This document shows, piece after piece, positions 1-11,458 of a stretch of 64,000 bases of DNA. A program made the position numbers and the translations under genes. This stretch comes from Escherichia coli (GTDB lineage Bacteria > Pseudomonadota > Gammaproteobacteria > Enterobacterales > Enterobacteriaceae). Under the pieces are notes generated by a model. That model did not search any database, was not told the DNA's origin, and saw nothing but the letters and a program-made list of their open reading frames with translations. The stretch lies in assembly GCF_003790525.1 (NCBI RefSeq), contig NZ_CP033635.1; one strand, written 5' to 3'. How positions within the stretch are numbered: position 1 is the first letter of the stretch; the number at the start of each line of letters is the position of its first letter.

Positions 1-1177
1 CCGGTATCGAACGCTTCAGTAACGTCAACTGGATACGTAAGTAAGAAAGTACCTGAGCCAGCGAGTCGTGCAATTCGCGGGCGATGGTCGCACGTTCTTC
101 CATCAACAATAACTGCTGAAAATGCTTCTGCGCCTGATTAAAGTACAAACCGCGTCCCAGCATCGACGAAACGCTGTTAAGCAGCGGTTCTGATGATGAA
201 ACGTGACTATTTTGCCAGTGCAGTTCGCCGTAAACCGTCTCTTGCATTGTCACCGGTAAAATCTGCATCGGCAATTCCGGGTTTGGCTGCCCTTCGCTAA
301 TCCGCCAGTTGTCACCGACATTTAACTCCAGATATTCAGCCGCTTCATTGTCGCGAACAATCTGCAAAATATGGCGGAAACAATGCACATCAATCTGGCT
401 GGTGTTTAGCGCCTGCGAACACTGATACAACACCTCCAGACGACGCTTGGCCTCGTGGAGATCGCGGGTCTTTTCTTCTACTGACGCCTCCAGCGAACGG
501 TACAATTTATGCAGCTCGCTCGACATCTGGTTAAAGGTTTTTGCAAGCAGGCCAAGCTCATTCGGCAGGCTGGTATCCAGCGGCGGCGAGTCGAACTGCC
601 CGTGTTCAATACGCTGACTGGCGGTAACCAGCTGATTCAGCGGGGCAACCACCTGATGGCGTATGCGGCGCAAAGTAAAAAAGACCAGCGTGAAAATACC
701 GATGCCGCCAGCCAGGGAAATCGCCACCACCAGCAGCATTTTGCGTTCAGCGTAGTGCTGTAAAGCCAGCACGAACAGGTCTATCTGATTAACATAATTA
801 TTAATATTGGCCTGATACCACGGCAAGTCGCCCTTGCTGAGCCGATTATTCATCTCCAGCCAGTTGGCATTCAGATGCGCATAGCGGGTTTTTACTGCCT
901 CTGGCACATACCAGACGTTGAGATTGGTTAATACCGGTGAATGCAGTGCCTGCTGAAATAACTGGCGATGTGCATTGAGTTGTGGACTGCCACTTTGCAA
1001 ATCGTAGCCCAGGCGGTAACTCTGCATACGCAGCGATCCGGCAATATTGATAGCCTCAGCGTCGCGCAAACTGCTCGCCAGAGTTAGCAGAGCGATACCC
1101 GTGGAAAGAATCGACAGCAGCACAATGTAAAAAAAGGCCCGGGCCAGACTGGCCGAGACGGGTCGTTTAACAATCAC
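1..1177 (-). CDS. narQ: Nitrate/nitrite sensor histidine kinase NarQ, 5' portion only (3' end lies beyond window start)
   Basis: Minus-strand frame open from window edge to GTG at 1175-1177; translation begins MIVKRPVSASLARAFFYIVLL; divergent from aegA. Confidence 0.85.
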   Translation of the reverse strand, partial: MIVKRPVSASLARAFFYIVLLSILSTGIALLTLASSLRDAEAINIAGSLRMQSYRLGYDLQSGSPQLNAHRQLFQQALHSPVLTNLNVWYVPEAVKTRYAHLNANWLEMNNRLSKGDLPWYQANINNYVNQIDLFVLALQHYAERKMLLVVAISLAGGIGIFTLVFFTLRRIRHQVVAPLNQLVTASQRIEHGQFDSPPLDTSLPNELGLLAKTFNQMSSELHKLYRSLEASVEEKTRDLHEAKRRLEVLYQCSQALNTSQIDVHCFRHILQIVRDNEAAEYLELNVGDNWRISEGQPNPELPMQILPVTMQETVYGELHWQNSHVSSSEPLLNSVSSMLGRGLYFNQAQKHFQQLLLMEERATIARELHDSLAQVLSYLRIQLTLLKRSIP

Positions 1178-1382
1178 ACGCGTCTTCTCCACAAAAAATC
1201 ATTAATGTTCCAGTTCGCTGAAACGCAATTTAGTCAGTGATGGGATTATTTGATCTGCCACAGTTTATAGCGAAATAGTTACTTATTCTGGGCACATGAA
1301 CATTGCCGATTCCCCTGTAAGTCGGGTAATAACAACACTCATATAAAGAATAAGGTTTTTACAACCAAAAAAGAAGGTCGTT

Positions 1383-3362
1383 ATGAATCGTTTTATTATG
1401 GCCAACAGTCAGCAATGTCTGGGTTGTCATGCTTGTGAAATCGCCTGTGTCATGGCTCACAATGACGAGCAACATGTCCTGAGCCAACGCCATTTTCATC
1501 CCCGAATTACGGTTATCAAACATCAGCAGCAACGTAGTGCAGTGACCTGTCACCATTGTGAAGATGCGCCCTGCGCCCGTAGCTGCCCTAATGGCGCAAT
1601 CAGCCACGTTGATGACAGCATTCAGGTCAATCAGCAAAAGTGTATTGGCTGTAAATCCTGCGTGGTGGCCTGTCCATTTGGTACGATGCAAATCGTCCTG
1701 ACACCCGTTGCGGCTGGCAAAGTTAAAGCCACGGCGCATAAATGCGACCTTTGTGCAGGGCGCGAAAACGGTCCTGCCTGTGTCGAAAATTGCCCGGCGG
1801 ACGCGCTGCAACTGGTCACTGACGCCGCACTCTCCGGCATGGCGAAATCCCGCCGCTTACGCACCGCACGTCAGGAACATCAACCGTGGCATGCCAGTAC
1901 CGCGGCACAAGAAATGCCGGTAATGAGTAAAGTCGAGCAAATGCAGGCAACGCCCGCGCGTGGCGAGCCGGACAAACTGGCGATTGAAGCGCGCAAAACC
2001 GGTTTTGATGAAATTTATCTGCCATTCCGTGCCGATCAGGCACAACGGGAAGCCTCGCGTTGCCTTAAGTGTGGCGAGCACAGCGTTTGTGAATGGACCT
2101 GCCCGCTGCATAACCATATACCGCAGTGGATTGAACTGGTGAAAGCAGGAAACATCGACGCCGCCGTCGAGCTTTCTCACCAGACCAACACCCTGCCGGA
2201 AATTACCGGACGCGTTTGCCCGCAAGACCGTTTGTGTGAAGGTGCCTGTACTATTCGCGATGAGCACGGCGCAGTAACTATCGGCAACATTGAACGCTAC
2301 ATTTCAGATCAGGCGTTGGCGAAAGGTTGGCGTCCTGACTTAAGTCATGTCACCAAAGTGGACAAGCGAGTGGCGATTATCGGTGCGGGTCCGGCAGGGC
2401 TGGCCTGTGCGGATGTTCTGACCCGCAATGGCGTAGAGGTGACGGTGTACGATCGCCATCCAGAAATCGGTGGCTTGCTCACTTTCGGCATTCCTTCTTT
2501 CAAACTGGATAAATCCCTGCTGGCACGCCGTCGGGAAATCTTCAGCGCGATGGGGATTCACTTCGAACTCAATTGTGAAGTGGGTAAAGATGTCTCTTTG
2601 GATTCGCTTTTGGAACAATACGACGCGGTCTTCGTTGGCGTAGGCACTTACCGTTCCATGAAAGCGGGTTTACCCAATGAAGATGCGCCGGGCGTTTATG
2701 ACGCCCTGCCGTTCCTCATCGCCAACACTAAACAGGTGATGGGACTCGAAGAGCTACCGGAAGAGCCGTTTATCAATACCGCCGGACTCAACGTCGTGGT
2801 ACTGGGCGGCGGCGACACCGCGATGGACTGTGTGCGTACCGCGCTGCGCCACGGCGCGAGTAACGTCACCTGCGCTTATCGTCGTGATGAAGCTAACATG
2901 CCAGGCTCGAAGAAAGAGGTGAAGAACGCCCGCGAAGAGGGGGCCAACTTTGAATTTAACGTCCAGCCGGTGGCGCTTGAGCTGAATGAGCAAGGTCACG
3001 TTTGCGGAATTCGTTTCCTGCGCACGCGTCTTGGCGAGCCGGATGCCCAGGGGCGTCGGCGTCCAGTGCCGGTGGAAGGCAGTGAATTTGTCATGCCAGC
3101 CGACGCGGTGATTATGGCGTTTGGCTTCAATCCGCACGGGATGCCGTGGCTGGAGTCGCACGGTGTAACGGTAGACAAATGGGGTCGCATCATCGCGGAT
3201 GTGGAAAGCCAGTACCGTTACCAGACCACCAATCCGAAAATCTTCGCTGGTGGTGACGCCGTGCGTGGTGCGGATCTGGTGGTTACCGCAATGGCAGAAG
3301 GACGTCATGCGGCACAGGGGATTATTGACTGGCTGGGGGTAAAATCAGTCAAATCTCACTGA
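1383..3362 (+). CDS. aegA: AegA, Fe-S cluster plus GltD-like FAD/NAD(P) oxidoreductase
   Basis: 659-aa ORF; N-terminal Cys-rich 4Fe-4S motifs (CxxCxxCxxxCP) followed by GAGPAG dinucleotide-binding motif. Confidence 0.9.
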   Translation: MNRFIMANSQQCLGCHACEIACVMAHNDEQHVLSQRHFHPRITVIKHQQQRSAVTCHHCEDAPCARSCPNGAISHVDDSIQVNQQKCIGCKSCVVACPFGTMQIVLTPVAAGKVKATAHKCDLCAGRENGPACVENCPADALQLVTDAALSGMAKSRRLRTARQEHQPWHASTAAQEMPVMSKVEQMQATPARGEPDKLAIEARKTGFDEIYLPFRADQAQREASRCLKCGEHSVCEWTCPLHNHIPQWIELVKAGNIDAAVELSHQTNTLPEITGRVCPQDRLCEGACTIRDEHGAVTIGNIERYISDQALAKGWRPDLSHVTKVDKRVAIIGAGPAGLACADVLTRNGVEVTVYDRHPEIGGLLTFGIPSFKLDKSLLARRREIFSAMGIHFELNCEVGKDVSLDSLLEQYDAVFVGVGTYRSMKAGLPNEDAPGVYDALPFLIANTKQVMGLEELPEEPFINTAGLNVVVLGGGDTAMDCVRTALRHGASNVTCAYRRDEANMPGSKKEVKNAREEGANFEFNVQPVALELNEQGHVCGIRFLRTRLGEPDAQGRRRPVPVEGSEFVMPADAVIMAFGFNPHGMPWLESHGVTVDKWGRIIADVESQYRYQTTNPKIFAGGDAVRGADLVVTAMAEGRHAAQGIIDWLGVKSVKSH

Positions 3363-3429
3363 TAGCCTGCGCAGACAAACCCGACTTCACAGCGTAAGAT
3401 AATTGTTCATTTCGCGCTGTGGAGTCGGT

Positions 3430-4005
3430 ATGACGCAACAAATCACCCTCATTAAAGACAAAATTCTCTCCGATAACTATTTCACCCTGCACAACATTAC
3501 TTACGATCTCACGCGCAAAGATGGCGAAGTTATCCGTCATAAACGTGAAGTTTACGATCGCGGTAATGGTGCGACGATCCTCCTGTACAACGCGAAGAAA
3601 AAGACCGTGGTTCTGATTCGTCAGTTCCGTGTCGCTACCTGGGTTAATGGCAATGAAAGCGGGCAGCTGATTGAAACCTGCGCCGGGCTGCTGGATAACG
3701 ACGAACCGGAAGTGTGCATTCGCAAAGAAGCAATTGAAGAGACGGGCTATGAAGTGGGCGAAGTGCGCAAATTATTTGAACTGTATATGTCGCCTGGCGG
3801 TGTGACTGAGCTAATCCACTTTTTTATCGCCGAATACAGTGACAGCCAGCGCGCTAACGCCGGTGGTGGTGTCGAAGATGAAGATATTGAAGTGCTTGAG
3901 CTGCCGTTCAGCCAGGCGCTGGAGATGATTAAAACCGGCGAGATACGTGACGGTAAGACGGTGTTATTGCTTAACTATTTGCAAACGTCACATTTAATGG
4001 ACTGA
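3430..4005 (+). CDS. nudK: GDP-mannose pyrophosphatase (Nudix hydrolase)
   Basis: ORF-track entry trimmed to ATG 3430 ([11 protein letters not shown]) preceded by GGAG; Nudix-type sequence. Confidence 0.88.
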   Translation: MTQQITLIKDKILSDNYFTLHNITYDLTRKDGEVIRHKREVYDRGNGATILLYNAKKKTVVLIRQFRVATWVNGNESGQLIETCAGLLDNDEPEVCIRKEAIEETGYEVGEVRKLFELYMSPGGVTELIHFFIAEYSDSQRANAGGGVEDEDIEVLELPFSQALEMIKTGEIRDGKTVLLLNYLQTSHLMD

Positions 4006-4130
4006 AAAATAACAATAATATTTCGTTGTTTATTATTGGCTCAATCCGACAAATCCGATTGAGCCGCGCTACCTGCGCAACGAAGATACGACTTGTGCTG
4101 TTTGTTTGAACTTCTGGGGTCGTACCGTCC

Positions 4131-5174
4131 ATGCGCTATCGCATTTTCCTTCTCTTTTTTTTCGCTTTGTTGCCGACGTCTTTGGTGTGGGCGGCACCAG
4201 CGCAACGGGCGTTTTCCGACTGGCAGGTCACCTGTAATAACCAAAACTTCTGCGTGGCGCGTAATACGGGCGATCATAACGGACTGGTGATGACCCTGAG
4301 CCGCAGCGCCGGGGCGCATACCGATGCCGTTTTACGTATTGAGCGCGGCGGGTTGAAGTCGCCGGATGCGTCTGAAGGGGAGATAGCGCCACGGCTGCTG
4401 TTAGATGGTGAGCCGTTGGCGTTAAGTGGTGACAAGTGGCGGATTTCACCATGGTTACTAGTAACCGATGATACGGCAACCATCACCGCGTTTTTGCAGC
4501 TGATTCAGGAAGGGAAGGCAATCACCTTACGCGATGGCAATCAGACCATTTCTCTGAATGGCTTAAAAGCGGCGTTGTTGTTTATTGATGCTCAGCAAAA
4601 GCGCGTTGGCAGTGAAACCGCGTGGATAAAGAAAGGGGACGAACCGCCGCTCAGCGTACCGCCCGCGCCTGCGCTGAAAGAGGTCGCGGTGGTTAACCCA
4701 ACGCCGACGCCACTCTCACTCGAAGAACGCAACGATTTGCTGGATTATGGAAACTGGCGGATGAATGGTCTGCGCTGCTCGCTTGATCCGTTACGTCGTG
4801 AGGTGAATGTCACTGCGCTGACCGATGATAAAGCACTGATGATGATTAGCTGTGAGGCAGGGGCCTATAACACCATTGATTTGGCATGGATTGTGTCGCG
4901 TAAAAAGCCGCTAGCCTCGCGCCCGGTTCGGTTGCGTTTGCCGTTCAACAACGGTCAGGAGACGAATGAACTGGAACTGATGAACGCAACATTTGATGAG
5001 AAATCGCGTGAACTGGTGACCTTAGCGAAAGGGCGCGGATTAAGCGATTGTGGCATTCAGGCGCGCTGGCGCTTTGACGGTCAGCGTTTTCGCCTGGTGC
5101 GTTACGCCGCAGAACCCACCTGCGATAACTGGCATGGGCCAGACGCCTGGCCCACGTTGTGGATCACCCGTTAA
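4131..5174 (+). CDS. ypfG: Secreted protein of unknown function (DUF1176-like)
   Basis: 347-aa ORF with N-terminal signal peptide (MRYRIFLLFFFALLPTSLVWA). Confidence 0.85.
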   Translation: MRYRIFLLFFFALLPTSLVWAAPAQRAFSDWQVTCNNQNFCVARNTGDHNGLVMTLSRSAGAHTDAVLRIERGGLKSPDASEGEIAPRLLLDGEPLALSGDKWRISPWLLVTDDTATITAFLQLIQEGKAITLRDGNQTISLNGLKAALLFIDAQQKRVGSETAWIKKGDEPPLSVPPAPALKEVAVVNPTPTPLSLEERNDLLDYGNWRMNGLRCSLDPLRREVNVTALTDDKALMMISCEAGAYNTIDLAWIVSRKKPLASRPVRLRLPFNNGQETNELELMNATFDEKSRELVTLAKGRGLSDCGIQARWRFDGQRFRLVRYAAEPTCDNWHGPDAWPTLWITR

Positions 5175-5213
5175 ACAAAATCCCAGATGCGCCCCTAAAA
5201 AGCGCACAGACTG

Positions 5214-5268
5214 TCTCCTCGCCCCTCTGGGGAGAGGGTTAGGGTTAGGGGAACATACAGCATCCGGC
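5214..5268. repeat. GC-rich intergenic repeat (boxC-like), copy 1
   Basis: Sequence cctcgcccctctggggagagggttagggttaggggaaca is near-identical to 18608-18650; sits between convergent ypfG and tktB. Confidence 0.5.
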
Positions 5269-5276
5269 GATCACCA

Positions 5277-7280
5277 TCAGGCACCTTTCACTCCCAGCAC
5301 CTTATGCGCTTTTGCCACAATATTCTCGGCGGTAAAGCCAAAGAACGGGAACAGCTTATCCGCCGGAGCAGATTCCCCGTAACCCGTCATCCCGACAATT
5401 GCCCCTTTCAGACCAACATACTTGTACCAGTAATCGGCGATGCCTGCTTCCACCGCTACGCGAGCCGCAACGTTAGAAGGCAACACCGACTCCCGATATT
5501 CCTCATCCTGGGCGTCGAAAATATCGGTCGAGGGCAGGGAAACTACGCGTACATTGCGACCTTCTCCCGCTAATTTCTCTGCCGCTTGCAGGGTGATTTC
5601 CATCTCTGAACCGGTGGCAATCAAAATAATATCTGGCTTACCGCCGCTGTCTTTCAACACATAACCACCACGAGCAATCTCTTTAACCTGATCCGGCGTA
5701 CGTTCCACCTGGGCCAGATTCTGCCTGGAGAGGATCAGTGCCGTCGGTCCGTTGTGGCGCTCAACCGCCAGCTTCCAGCCCACCGCTGCTTCCACCTGAT
5801 CGCACGGTCGCCAGGTGCTGAAATTTGGCGTTAAGCGCAGACTGGCCAGTTGCTCAACAGCCTGGTGCGTAGGACCATCTTCGCCCAGGCCAATTGAGTC
5901 GTGGGTATAAACCATAATCTGCCGCGCTTTCATCAGTGCCGCCATCCGCGCGGCGTTACGGGCGTATTCAACAAACATCAGGAACGTCGCGGTATACGGC
6001 ACAAAGCCGCCGTGGTGCGCAATGCCGTTGGCGATAGCGGTCATGCCAAATTCACGCACCCCGTAGTGAATGTAGTTGCCCGCCGGATCTTCCTTCAGCG
6101 AAACAGAACCTTTCCAGATGGTCAGGTTGCTGGGAGCCAGATCCGCCGAACCGCCGAGCAGCTCCGGTAGCATAGGCCCGTAAGCGTTAAGCGTATTTTG
6201 CGAAGCCTTACGGGTAGCGATTTTCGCCGGATTCGCCTGCAACTCATTGATATATTTCTGAGTCGTTTTCTCCCAGTCCTTCGGTAAACCACCGCTCATC
6301 CGACGGGTAAACTCTTCTGCCAGTTGCGGATGAGCCTTTTTATAGGCGGCAAACTTCTCATTCCAGCTCTGCTGCGCTTTTTCGCCTTTTTCGCGGGCAT
6401 CCCAGGCGTGATAAATCTCTTTAGGGATCTCAAATGGCGGATGGTGCCAGCCCAGTTTTTGCCGTGCCAGCGCCACTTCTTCTTCCCCCAGTGGTGCGCC
6501 GTGCGCCTCTTCCTTACCTGCTTTATTCGGCGAACCAAAGCCAATCACCGTACGGCAGATAATCAGCGACGGCTTATCTTTCACGCTTTGCGCTTCAAGG
6601 ATCGCTTCCTTCACCGCCTGCGGATCGTGGCCGTCGATCTCGTGGATCACATGCCAGTGATAGGCTTCAAAACGTTTTGCTGTATCGTCGGTAAACCAGC
6701 CTTCGGTTTCACCGTCGATGGAAATACCGTTGTGATCGTAAAAACCAATCAGCTTGCCCAGTCCCAGCGTGCCCGCCAGCGAACAGACTTCGTGGGAAAT
6801 ACCTTCCATCAGGCAGCCGTCGCCCATAAACACATAGGTGAAGTGATCGACAATTTCATGATCTGGCTGGTTAAACTGCGCCGCCAGCGTACGCTCTGCT
6901 ATCGCCAGCCCGACGGCGTTCGCCAAACCTTGTCCAAGTGGACCGGTGGTGGTTTCAACACCAGGCGTATAGCCGATTTCCGGGTGACCAGGGGTTTTCG
7001 AATGCAACTGACGAAAGTTCTTCAGTTCTTCCAGCGGCAGGTCGTAACCGGTCAGATGCAGCAAACTGTAGAGCAGCATCGACGCGTGACCGTTGGAAAG
7101 AATAAAGCGGTCGCGATCATACCAGGTTGGGTCGGTAGGATTATGTTTAAGAAAATCGTTCCACAGCACTTCGGCAATATCAGCCATGCCCATCGGCGCG
7201 CCGGGATGACCAGAATTGGCTTTTTGTACCGCATCCATACTGAGTGCGCGAATCGCATTGGCAAGGTCTTTTCGGGACAT
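5277..7280 (-). CDS. tktB: Transketolase 2
   Basis: ORF trimmed to ATG at 7278-7280 ([27 protein letters not shown]); immediately downstream of talA. Confidence 0.92.
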   Translation of the reverse strand: MSRKDLANAIRALSMDAVQKANSGHPGAPMGMADIAEVLWNDFLKHNPTDPTWYDRDRFILSNGHASMLLYSLLHLTGYDLPLEELKNFRQLHSKTPGHPEIGYTPGVETTTGPLGQGLANAVGLAIAERTLAAQFNQPDHEIVDHFTYVFMGDGCLMEGISHEVCSLAGTLGLGKLIGFYDHNGISIDGETEGWFTDDTAKRFEAYHWHVIHEIDGHDPQAVKEAILEAQSVKDKPSLIICRTVIGFGSPNKAGKEEAHGAPLGEEEVALARQKLGWHHPPFEIPKEIYHAWDAREKGEKAQQSWNEKFAAYKKAHPQLAEEFTRRMSGGLPKDWEKTTQKYINELQANPAKIATRKASQNTLNAYGPMLPELLGGSADLAPSNLTIWKGSVSLKEDPAGNYIHYGVREFGMTAIANGIAHHGGFVPYTATFLMFVEYARNAARMAALMKARQIMVYTHDSIGLGEDGPTHQAVEQLASLRLTPNFSTWRPCDQVEAAVGWKLAVERHNGPTALILSRQNLAQVERTPDQVKEIARGGYVLKDSGGKPDIILIATGSEMEITLQAAEKLAGEGRNVRVVSLPSTDIFDAQDEEYRESVLPSNVAARVAVEAGIADYWYKYVGLKGAIVGMTGYGESAPADKLFPFFGFTAENIVAKAHKVLGVKGA

Positions 7281-7299
7281 ATAACACTCCGTGGCTGGT

Positions 7300-8250
7300 T
7301 TATAGTTTGGCGGCAAGAAGATCTTCCAGTTTGCGTTGATCAACGGCGAACAGACGAATGCCTTCAGACAGTTTTTCTACCGCCATCGCATCCTGATTGT
7401 GCTCCCAACGGAACTCCGCTTCGCTCATGGGAGCTGGGCGTGGGAACGTCTGAGAAGGTGGGATTAATTTACGTACCACTGGCGAAACTTTTTCCTGCAG
7501 CTCCTTTAGCAAATTCGGTGCGATAGTCAGTCGATCGCAGCCGGTTAAGGCGAGGATTTGTTCGGTGCGACGGAAACTCGCGCCCATCACAATGGTTTCA
7601 TAGTGGTGTTGCTTATAGTAGTCGTAGATATTGCGTACTGATTTAACGCCTGGATCTTCTTCCACCACATACGGGTCCATCGGCTTGCGTGCCTGATACC
7701 AGTCATAAATACGCCCGACAAACGGCGAAATCAGAAATACGCCTGCTTCTGCACAGGCCCGCGCCTGTGCAAAAGAAAACAGCAGCGTCAGGTTGCAGTT
7801 AATACCTTCTTTTTCCAGCTCTTCTGCCGCGCGAATTCCTTCCCAGGTTGAAGCCAGCTTGATCAAAATGCGTGATTTCTCAACGCCTTGTTGCTGATAC
7901 AAGTCCACCAGATGGCGGGCCTTTTCAATACTCTTTTCTTTATCAAAAGAGAGGCGTGCATCAACTTCTGTTGACACGCGACCGGGTACGATTTTGAGAA
8001 TTTCAGCACCGAAATTGACCGCCAGTTTGTCACACGCTGCGACCACCTGTTGTTCCTGGGTTTTGCCATTTTTTTTACCCCAGGCGATAGCATCGTCTAT
8101 TAAATGCTCATATTGTGATAATCCGGCAGCCTTGAGTAACAGCGAAGGATTGGTGGTGGCATCCTGGGGATGATAATGGCGAATGGACTCAATATCGCCG
8201 CTGTCTGCCACGACAGTGGTGAACTGTTTGATGCCGTCTAACTCGTTCAT
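7300..8250 (-). CDS. talA: Transaldolase A
   Basis: 316-aa ORF; transaldolase sequence; forms talA-tktB pair. Confidence 0.92.
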   Translation of the reverse strand: MNELDGIKQFTTVVADSGDIESIRHYHPQDATTNPSLLLKAAGLSQYEHLIDDAIAWGKKNGKTQEQQVVAACDKLAVNFGAEILKIVPGRVSTEVDARLSFDKEKSIEKARHLVDLYQQQGVEKSRILIKLASTWEGIRAAEELEKEGINCNLTLLFSFAQARACAEAGVFLISPFVGRIYDWYQARKPMDPYVVEEDPGVKSVRNIYDYYKQHHYETIVMGASFRRTEQILALTGCDRLTIAPNLLKELQEKVSPVVRKLIPPSQTFPRPAPMSEAEFRWEHNQDAMAVEKLSEGIRLFAVDQRKLEDLLAAKL

Positions 8251-8538
8251 AGGAAATACTCCTTGAAAAGTAAAGTGTTAGATGAGTGCGTTAATTCACA
8301 CTTCTGAGAAATTTCGCTAAACGCATCAAAAAAGCATAGCAGACAGGCATGGTATTGCTGGATTAAGCAGGTAACATCAGTGTTATAGGATTATTACCAA
8401 AACATTATATTAATGGTGAGAGTTTGGACTTGCTCAAAGTCTGTAGACTCCGGCAAGGTAATAATGTGCGCCACGTTGTGGGCAGGGGCTGTTGCCCACA
8501 CACTTTATTTGTGAACGTTACGTGAAAGGAACAACCAA

Positions 8539-10818
8539 ATGGATGACCAGTTAAAACAAAGTGCACTTGATTTCCATGAATTTCCAGTTCCAGGGAAAAT
8601 CCAGGTTTCTCCAACCAAGCCTCTGGCAACGCAGCGCGATCTGGCGCTGGCCTACTCACCAGGCGTTGCCGCACCTTGTCTTGAAATCGAAAAAGACCCG
8701 TTAAAAGCCTACAAATATACCGCGCGTGGTAACCTGGTGGCGGTGATCTCTAACGGTACGGCGGTGCTGGGGTTAGGCAACATTGGCGCGCTGGCAGGCA
8801 AACCGGTGATGGAAGGCAAGGGCGTTCTGTTTAAGAAATTCGCCGGGATTGATGTATTTGACATTGAAGTTGATGAACTCGACCCGGACAAATTTATTGA
8901 AGTCGTCGCCGCGCTTGAACCGACCTTCGGCGGCATCAACCTCGAAGACATTAAAGCGCCAGAATGTTTCTATATTGAACAGAAACTGCGCGAGCGGATG
9001 AATATTCCAGTATTCCACGACGATCAGCACGGCACGGCAATTATCAGCACTGCCGCCATCCTCAACGGATTGCGCGTGGTGGAGAAAAACATCTCCGACG
9101 TGCGGATGGTGGTTTCCGGCGCGGGTGCAGCAGCAATTGCCTGTATGAACCTGCTGGTGGCGCTGGGGCTGCAAAAACATAACATCGTGGTTTGTGATTC
9201 AAAAGGCGTTATCTATCAGGGCCGTGAGCCAAATATGGCGGAAACCAAAGCCGCATATGCGGTGGTGGATGACGGCAAACGTACCCTCGATGATGTGATT
9301 GAAGGTGCGGATATTTTCCTCGGCTGTTCCGGCCCGAAAGTGCTGACCCAGGAAATGGTGAAGAAAATGGCTCGGGCACCAATGATCCTGGCGCTGGCGA
9401 ATCCGGAACCGGAAATTCTGCCGCCGCTGGCGAAAGAAGTGCGTCCGGATGCCATCATCTGTACCGGCCGTTCCGACTACCCGAACCAGGTGAACAACGT
9501 CCTTTGCTTCCCGTTTATCTTCCGTGGCGCGCTGGACGTTGGCGCAACCGCCATCAACGAAGAGATGAAACTGGCGGCAGTACGCGCGATTGCAGAACTG
9601 GCCCATGCGGAACAGAGTGAAGTGGTGGCTTCAGCGTATGGCGATCAGGATCTGAGCTTTGGTCCGGAATACATCATTCCAAAACCGTTTGATCCGCGCT
9701 TGATCGTTAAGATCGCTCCTGCGGTGGCGAAAGCGGCGATGGAGTCGGGCGTGGCGACGCGTCCGATTGCTGATTTCGACGTCTACATCGACAAGCTGAC
9801 GGAGTTCGTTTACAAAACCAACCTGTTTATGAAGCCGATTTTCTCCCAGGCTCGCAAAGCGCCGAAGCGCGTAGTTCTGCCGGAAGGGGAAGAGGCGCGC
9901 GTTCTGCATGCCACTCAGGAATTGGTAACGCTGGGACTGGCGAAACCGATTCTTATTGGTCGTCCGAACGTGATCGAAATGCGCATTCAGAAACTGGGCT
10001 TGCAGATCAAGGCGGGCGTTGATTTTGAGATCGTCAATAACGAATCCGATCCGCGCTTTAAAGAGTACTGGACCGAATACTTCCAGATCATGAAGCGTCG
10101 CGGTGTCACTCAGGAGCAGGCGCAGCGTGCGCTGATCAGTAACCCGACAGTGATCGGCGCGATCATGGTTCAGCGTGGCGAAGCCGATGCAATGATTTGC
10201 GGTACGGTGGGCGATTATCATGAACACTTTAGCGTGGTGAAAAATGTCTTTGGTTATCGCGATGGCGTTCACACCGCAGGTGCCATGAACGCGCTGCTGT
10301 TGCCGAGTGGTAACACCTTTATTGCCGATACCTACGTCAATGATGAGCCTGATGCAGAAGAGCTGGCGGAGATCACCTTGATGGCGGCAGAAACTGTTCG
10401 TCGTTTTGGTATTGAACCGCGTGTGGCTCTGTTGTCGCACTCCAACTTTGGTTCTTCTGACTGCCCGTCGTCGAGCAAAATGCGTCAGGCGCTGGAACTG
10501 GTCAGGGAACGTGCGCCAGAACTGATGATTGATGGTGAAATGCACGGCGATGCAGCGCTGGTGGAAGCGATTCGCAACGACCGTATGCCGGACAGCCCTT
10601 TGAAAGGTTCCGCTAATATTCTGGTGATGCCGAACATGGAAGCTGCCCGCATTAGTTACAACTTACTGCGCGTTTCCAGCTCGGAAGGTGTGACTGTCGG
10701 TCCGGTGCTGATGGGCGTGGCGAAGCCGGTTCACGTGTTAACGCCGATCGCATCGGTACGTCGTATCGTCAACATGGTGGCGCTGGCCGTGGTTGAAGCG
10801 CAAACCCAACCGCTGTAA
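8539..10818 (+). CDS. maeB: NADP-dependent malic enzyme (malic enzyme domain plus PTA-like C-terminal domain)
   Basis: 759-aa ORF; N-terminal malic enzyme, C-terminal phosphotransacetylase-like domain. Confidence 0.92.
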   Translation: MDDQLKQSALDFHEFPVPGKIQVSPTKPLATQRDLALAYSPGVAAPCLEIEKDPLKAYKYTARGNLVAVISNGTAVLGLGNIGALAGKPVMEGKGVLFKKFAGIDVFDIEVDELDPDKFIEVVAALEPTFGGINLEDIKAPECFYIEQKLRERMNIPVFHDDQHGTAIISTAAILNGLRVVEKNISDVRMVVSGAGAAAIACMNLLVALGLQKHNIVVCDSKGVIYQGREPNMAETKAAYAVVDDGKRTLDDVIEGADIFLGCSGPKVLTQEMVKKMARAPMILALANPEPEILPPLAKEVRPDAIICTGRSDYPNQVNNVLCFPFIFRGALDVGATAINEEMKLAAVRAIAELAHAEQSEVVASAYGDQDLSFGPEYIIPKPFDPRLIVKIAPAVAKAAMESGVATRPIADFDVYIDKLTEFVYKTNLFMKPIFSQARKAPKRVVLPEGEEARVLHATQELVTLGLAKPILIGRPNVIEMRIQKLGLQIKAGVDFEIVNNESDPRFKEYWTEYFQIMKRRGVTQEQAQRALISNPTVIGAIMVQRGEADAMICGTVGDYHEHFSVVKNVFGYRDGVHTAGAMNALLLPSGNTFIADTYVNDEPDAEELAEITLMAAETVRRFGIEPRVALLSHSNFGSSDCPSSSKMRQALELVRERAPELMIDGEMHGDAALVEAIRNDRMPDSPLKGSANILVMPNMEAARISYNLLRVSSSEGVTVGPVLMGVAKPVHVLTPIASVRRIVNMVALAVVEAQTQPL

Positions 10819-10835
10819 TTCTTTTTTAACTCTCA

Positions 10836-10863
10836 CGCTTACCCTGAATATTCAGGGTAAGCG
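10836..10863. terminator. Perfect 28-nt palindrome downstream of maeB (putative terminator/insulator before eut promoter)
   Basis: cgcttaccctgaatattcagggtaagcg is a perfect inverted repeat; only a short T-run follows. Confidence 0.45.
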
Positions 10864-10879
10864 GTTTAGCTGCAATATA

Positions 10880-11110
10880 TTAGTAAAGTTTATTACTGAG
10901 TTTGCGAATAATAAAAAAAACAGTATATAAAATATCTCGATATTATTTTATTTATATTCATGCGTTGCATATGAAAGTTTATGCACCACAGCAAATATCT
11001 CTCCATTCTTAGTGATCTACCTCACCTTTTAAACGCGCTTGCCGAATTTTGTTATTTACTCTGACGAAATATTGTCACGATACACGAAAGTTTTTCACAG
11101 GCGGCGACTC
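10880..11110 (+). promoter_or_regulatory. AT-rich control region upstream of eutS (eut operon promoter region)
   Basis: Strongly AT-rich 230 bp immediately upstream of first eut gene; exact promoter elements not resolved. Confidence 0.35.
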
Positions 11111-11446
11111 ATGGATAAAGAACGCATCATTCAGGAATTTGTGCCCGGTAAACAGGTCACACTGGCGCATCTCATCGCGCATCCCGGCGAGGAACTGGCG
11201 AAGAAAATCGGCGTTCCGGATGCGGGCGCAATTGGCATTATGACGCTAACTCCCGGAGAAACGGCGATGATCGCCGGTGATTTAGCGCTGAAAGCTGCCG
11301 ATGTGCATATCGGTTTTCTCGACCGTTTTAGCGGCGCGCTGGTGATTTATGGCTCGGTGGGTGCAGTAGAAGAAGCGTTATCACAAACCGTCAGTGGTTT
11401 AGGTCGCTTATTAAATTATACGCTTTGTGAAATGACCAAAAGTTAA
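11111..11446 (+). CDS. eutS: Ethanolamine utilisation microcompartment shell protein EutS
   Basis: ORF trimmed to ATG 11111 ([21 protein letters not shown]); BMC-domain protein; first gene of eut cluster. Confidence 0.9.
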
Positions 11447-11458
11447 TACGAGGCATTC

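Noticed and set aside
1178-1382. Possible FNR/NarL-NarP operator sites in the narQ-aegA divergent region
   Set aside because: No clean TTGAT-N4-ATCAA or paired TACYYMT heptamers could be identified by eye; not enough to call a site.
3403-4005. N-terminally extended versions of nudK, eutS, eutM, ypeA, yfeX, yfeW, murR, ucpA, cysM, zipA, ypeB, xapR, tktB as listed in the ORF track
   Set aside because: The extensions lack ribosome-binding sites or overlap upstream genes; internal ATG or GTG starts with good Shine-Dalgarno spacing match the conserved N-termini, so trimmed coordinates were used.
6324-7526. 400-aa plus-strand ORF antisense to tktB/talA
   Set aside because: Lies entirely opposite two conserved genes, has no ribosome-binding site and a low-complexity Arg/Gly/Val-rich translation; typical antisense artefact of GC-rich third codon positions.
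8413-8514. 33-codon ORF in the talA/maeB divergent region
   Set aside because: No Shine-Dalgarno sequence and no protein-like composition; region better explained as promoter DNA containing the hairpin tgtgggca…tgcccaca.
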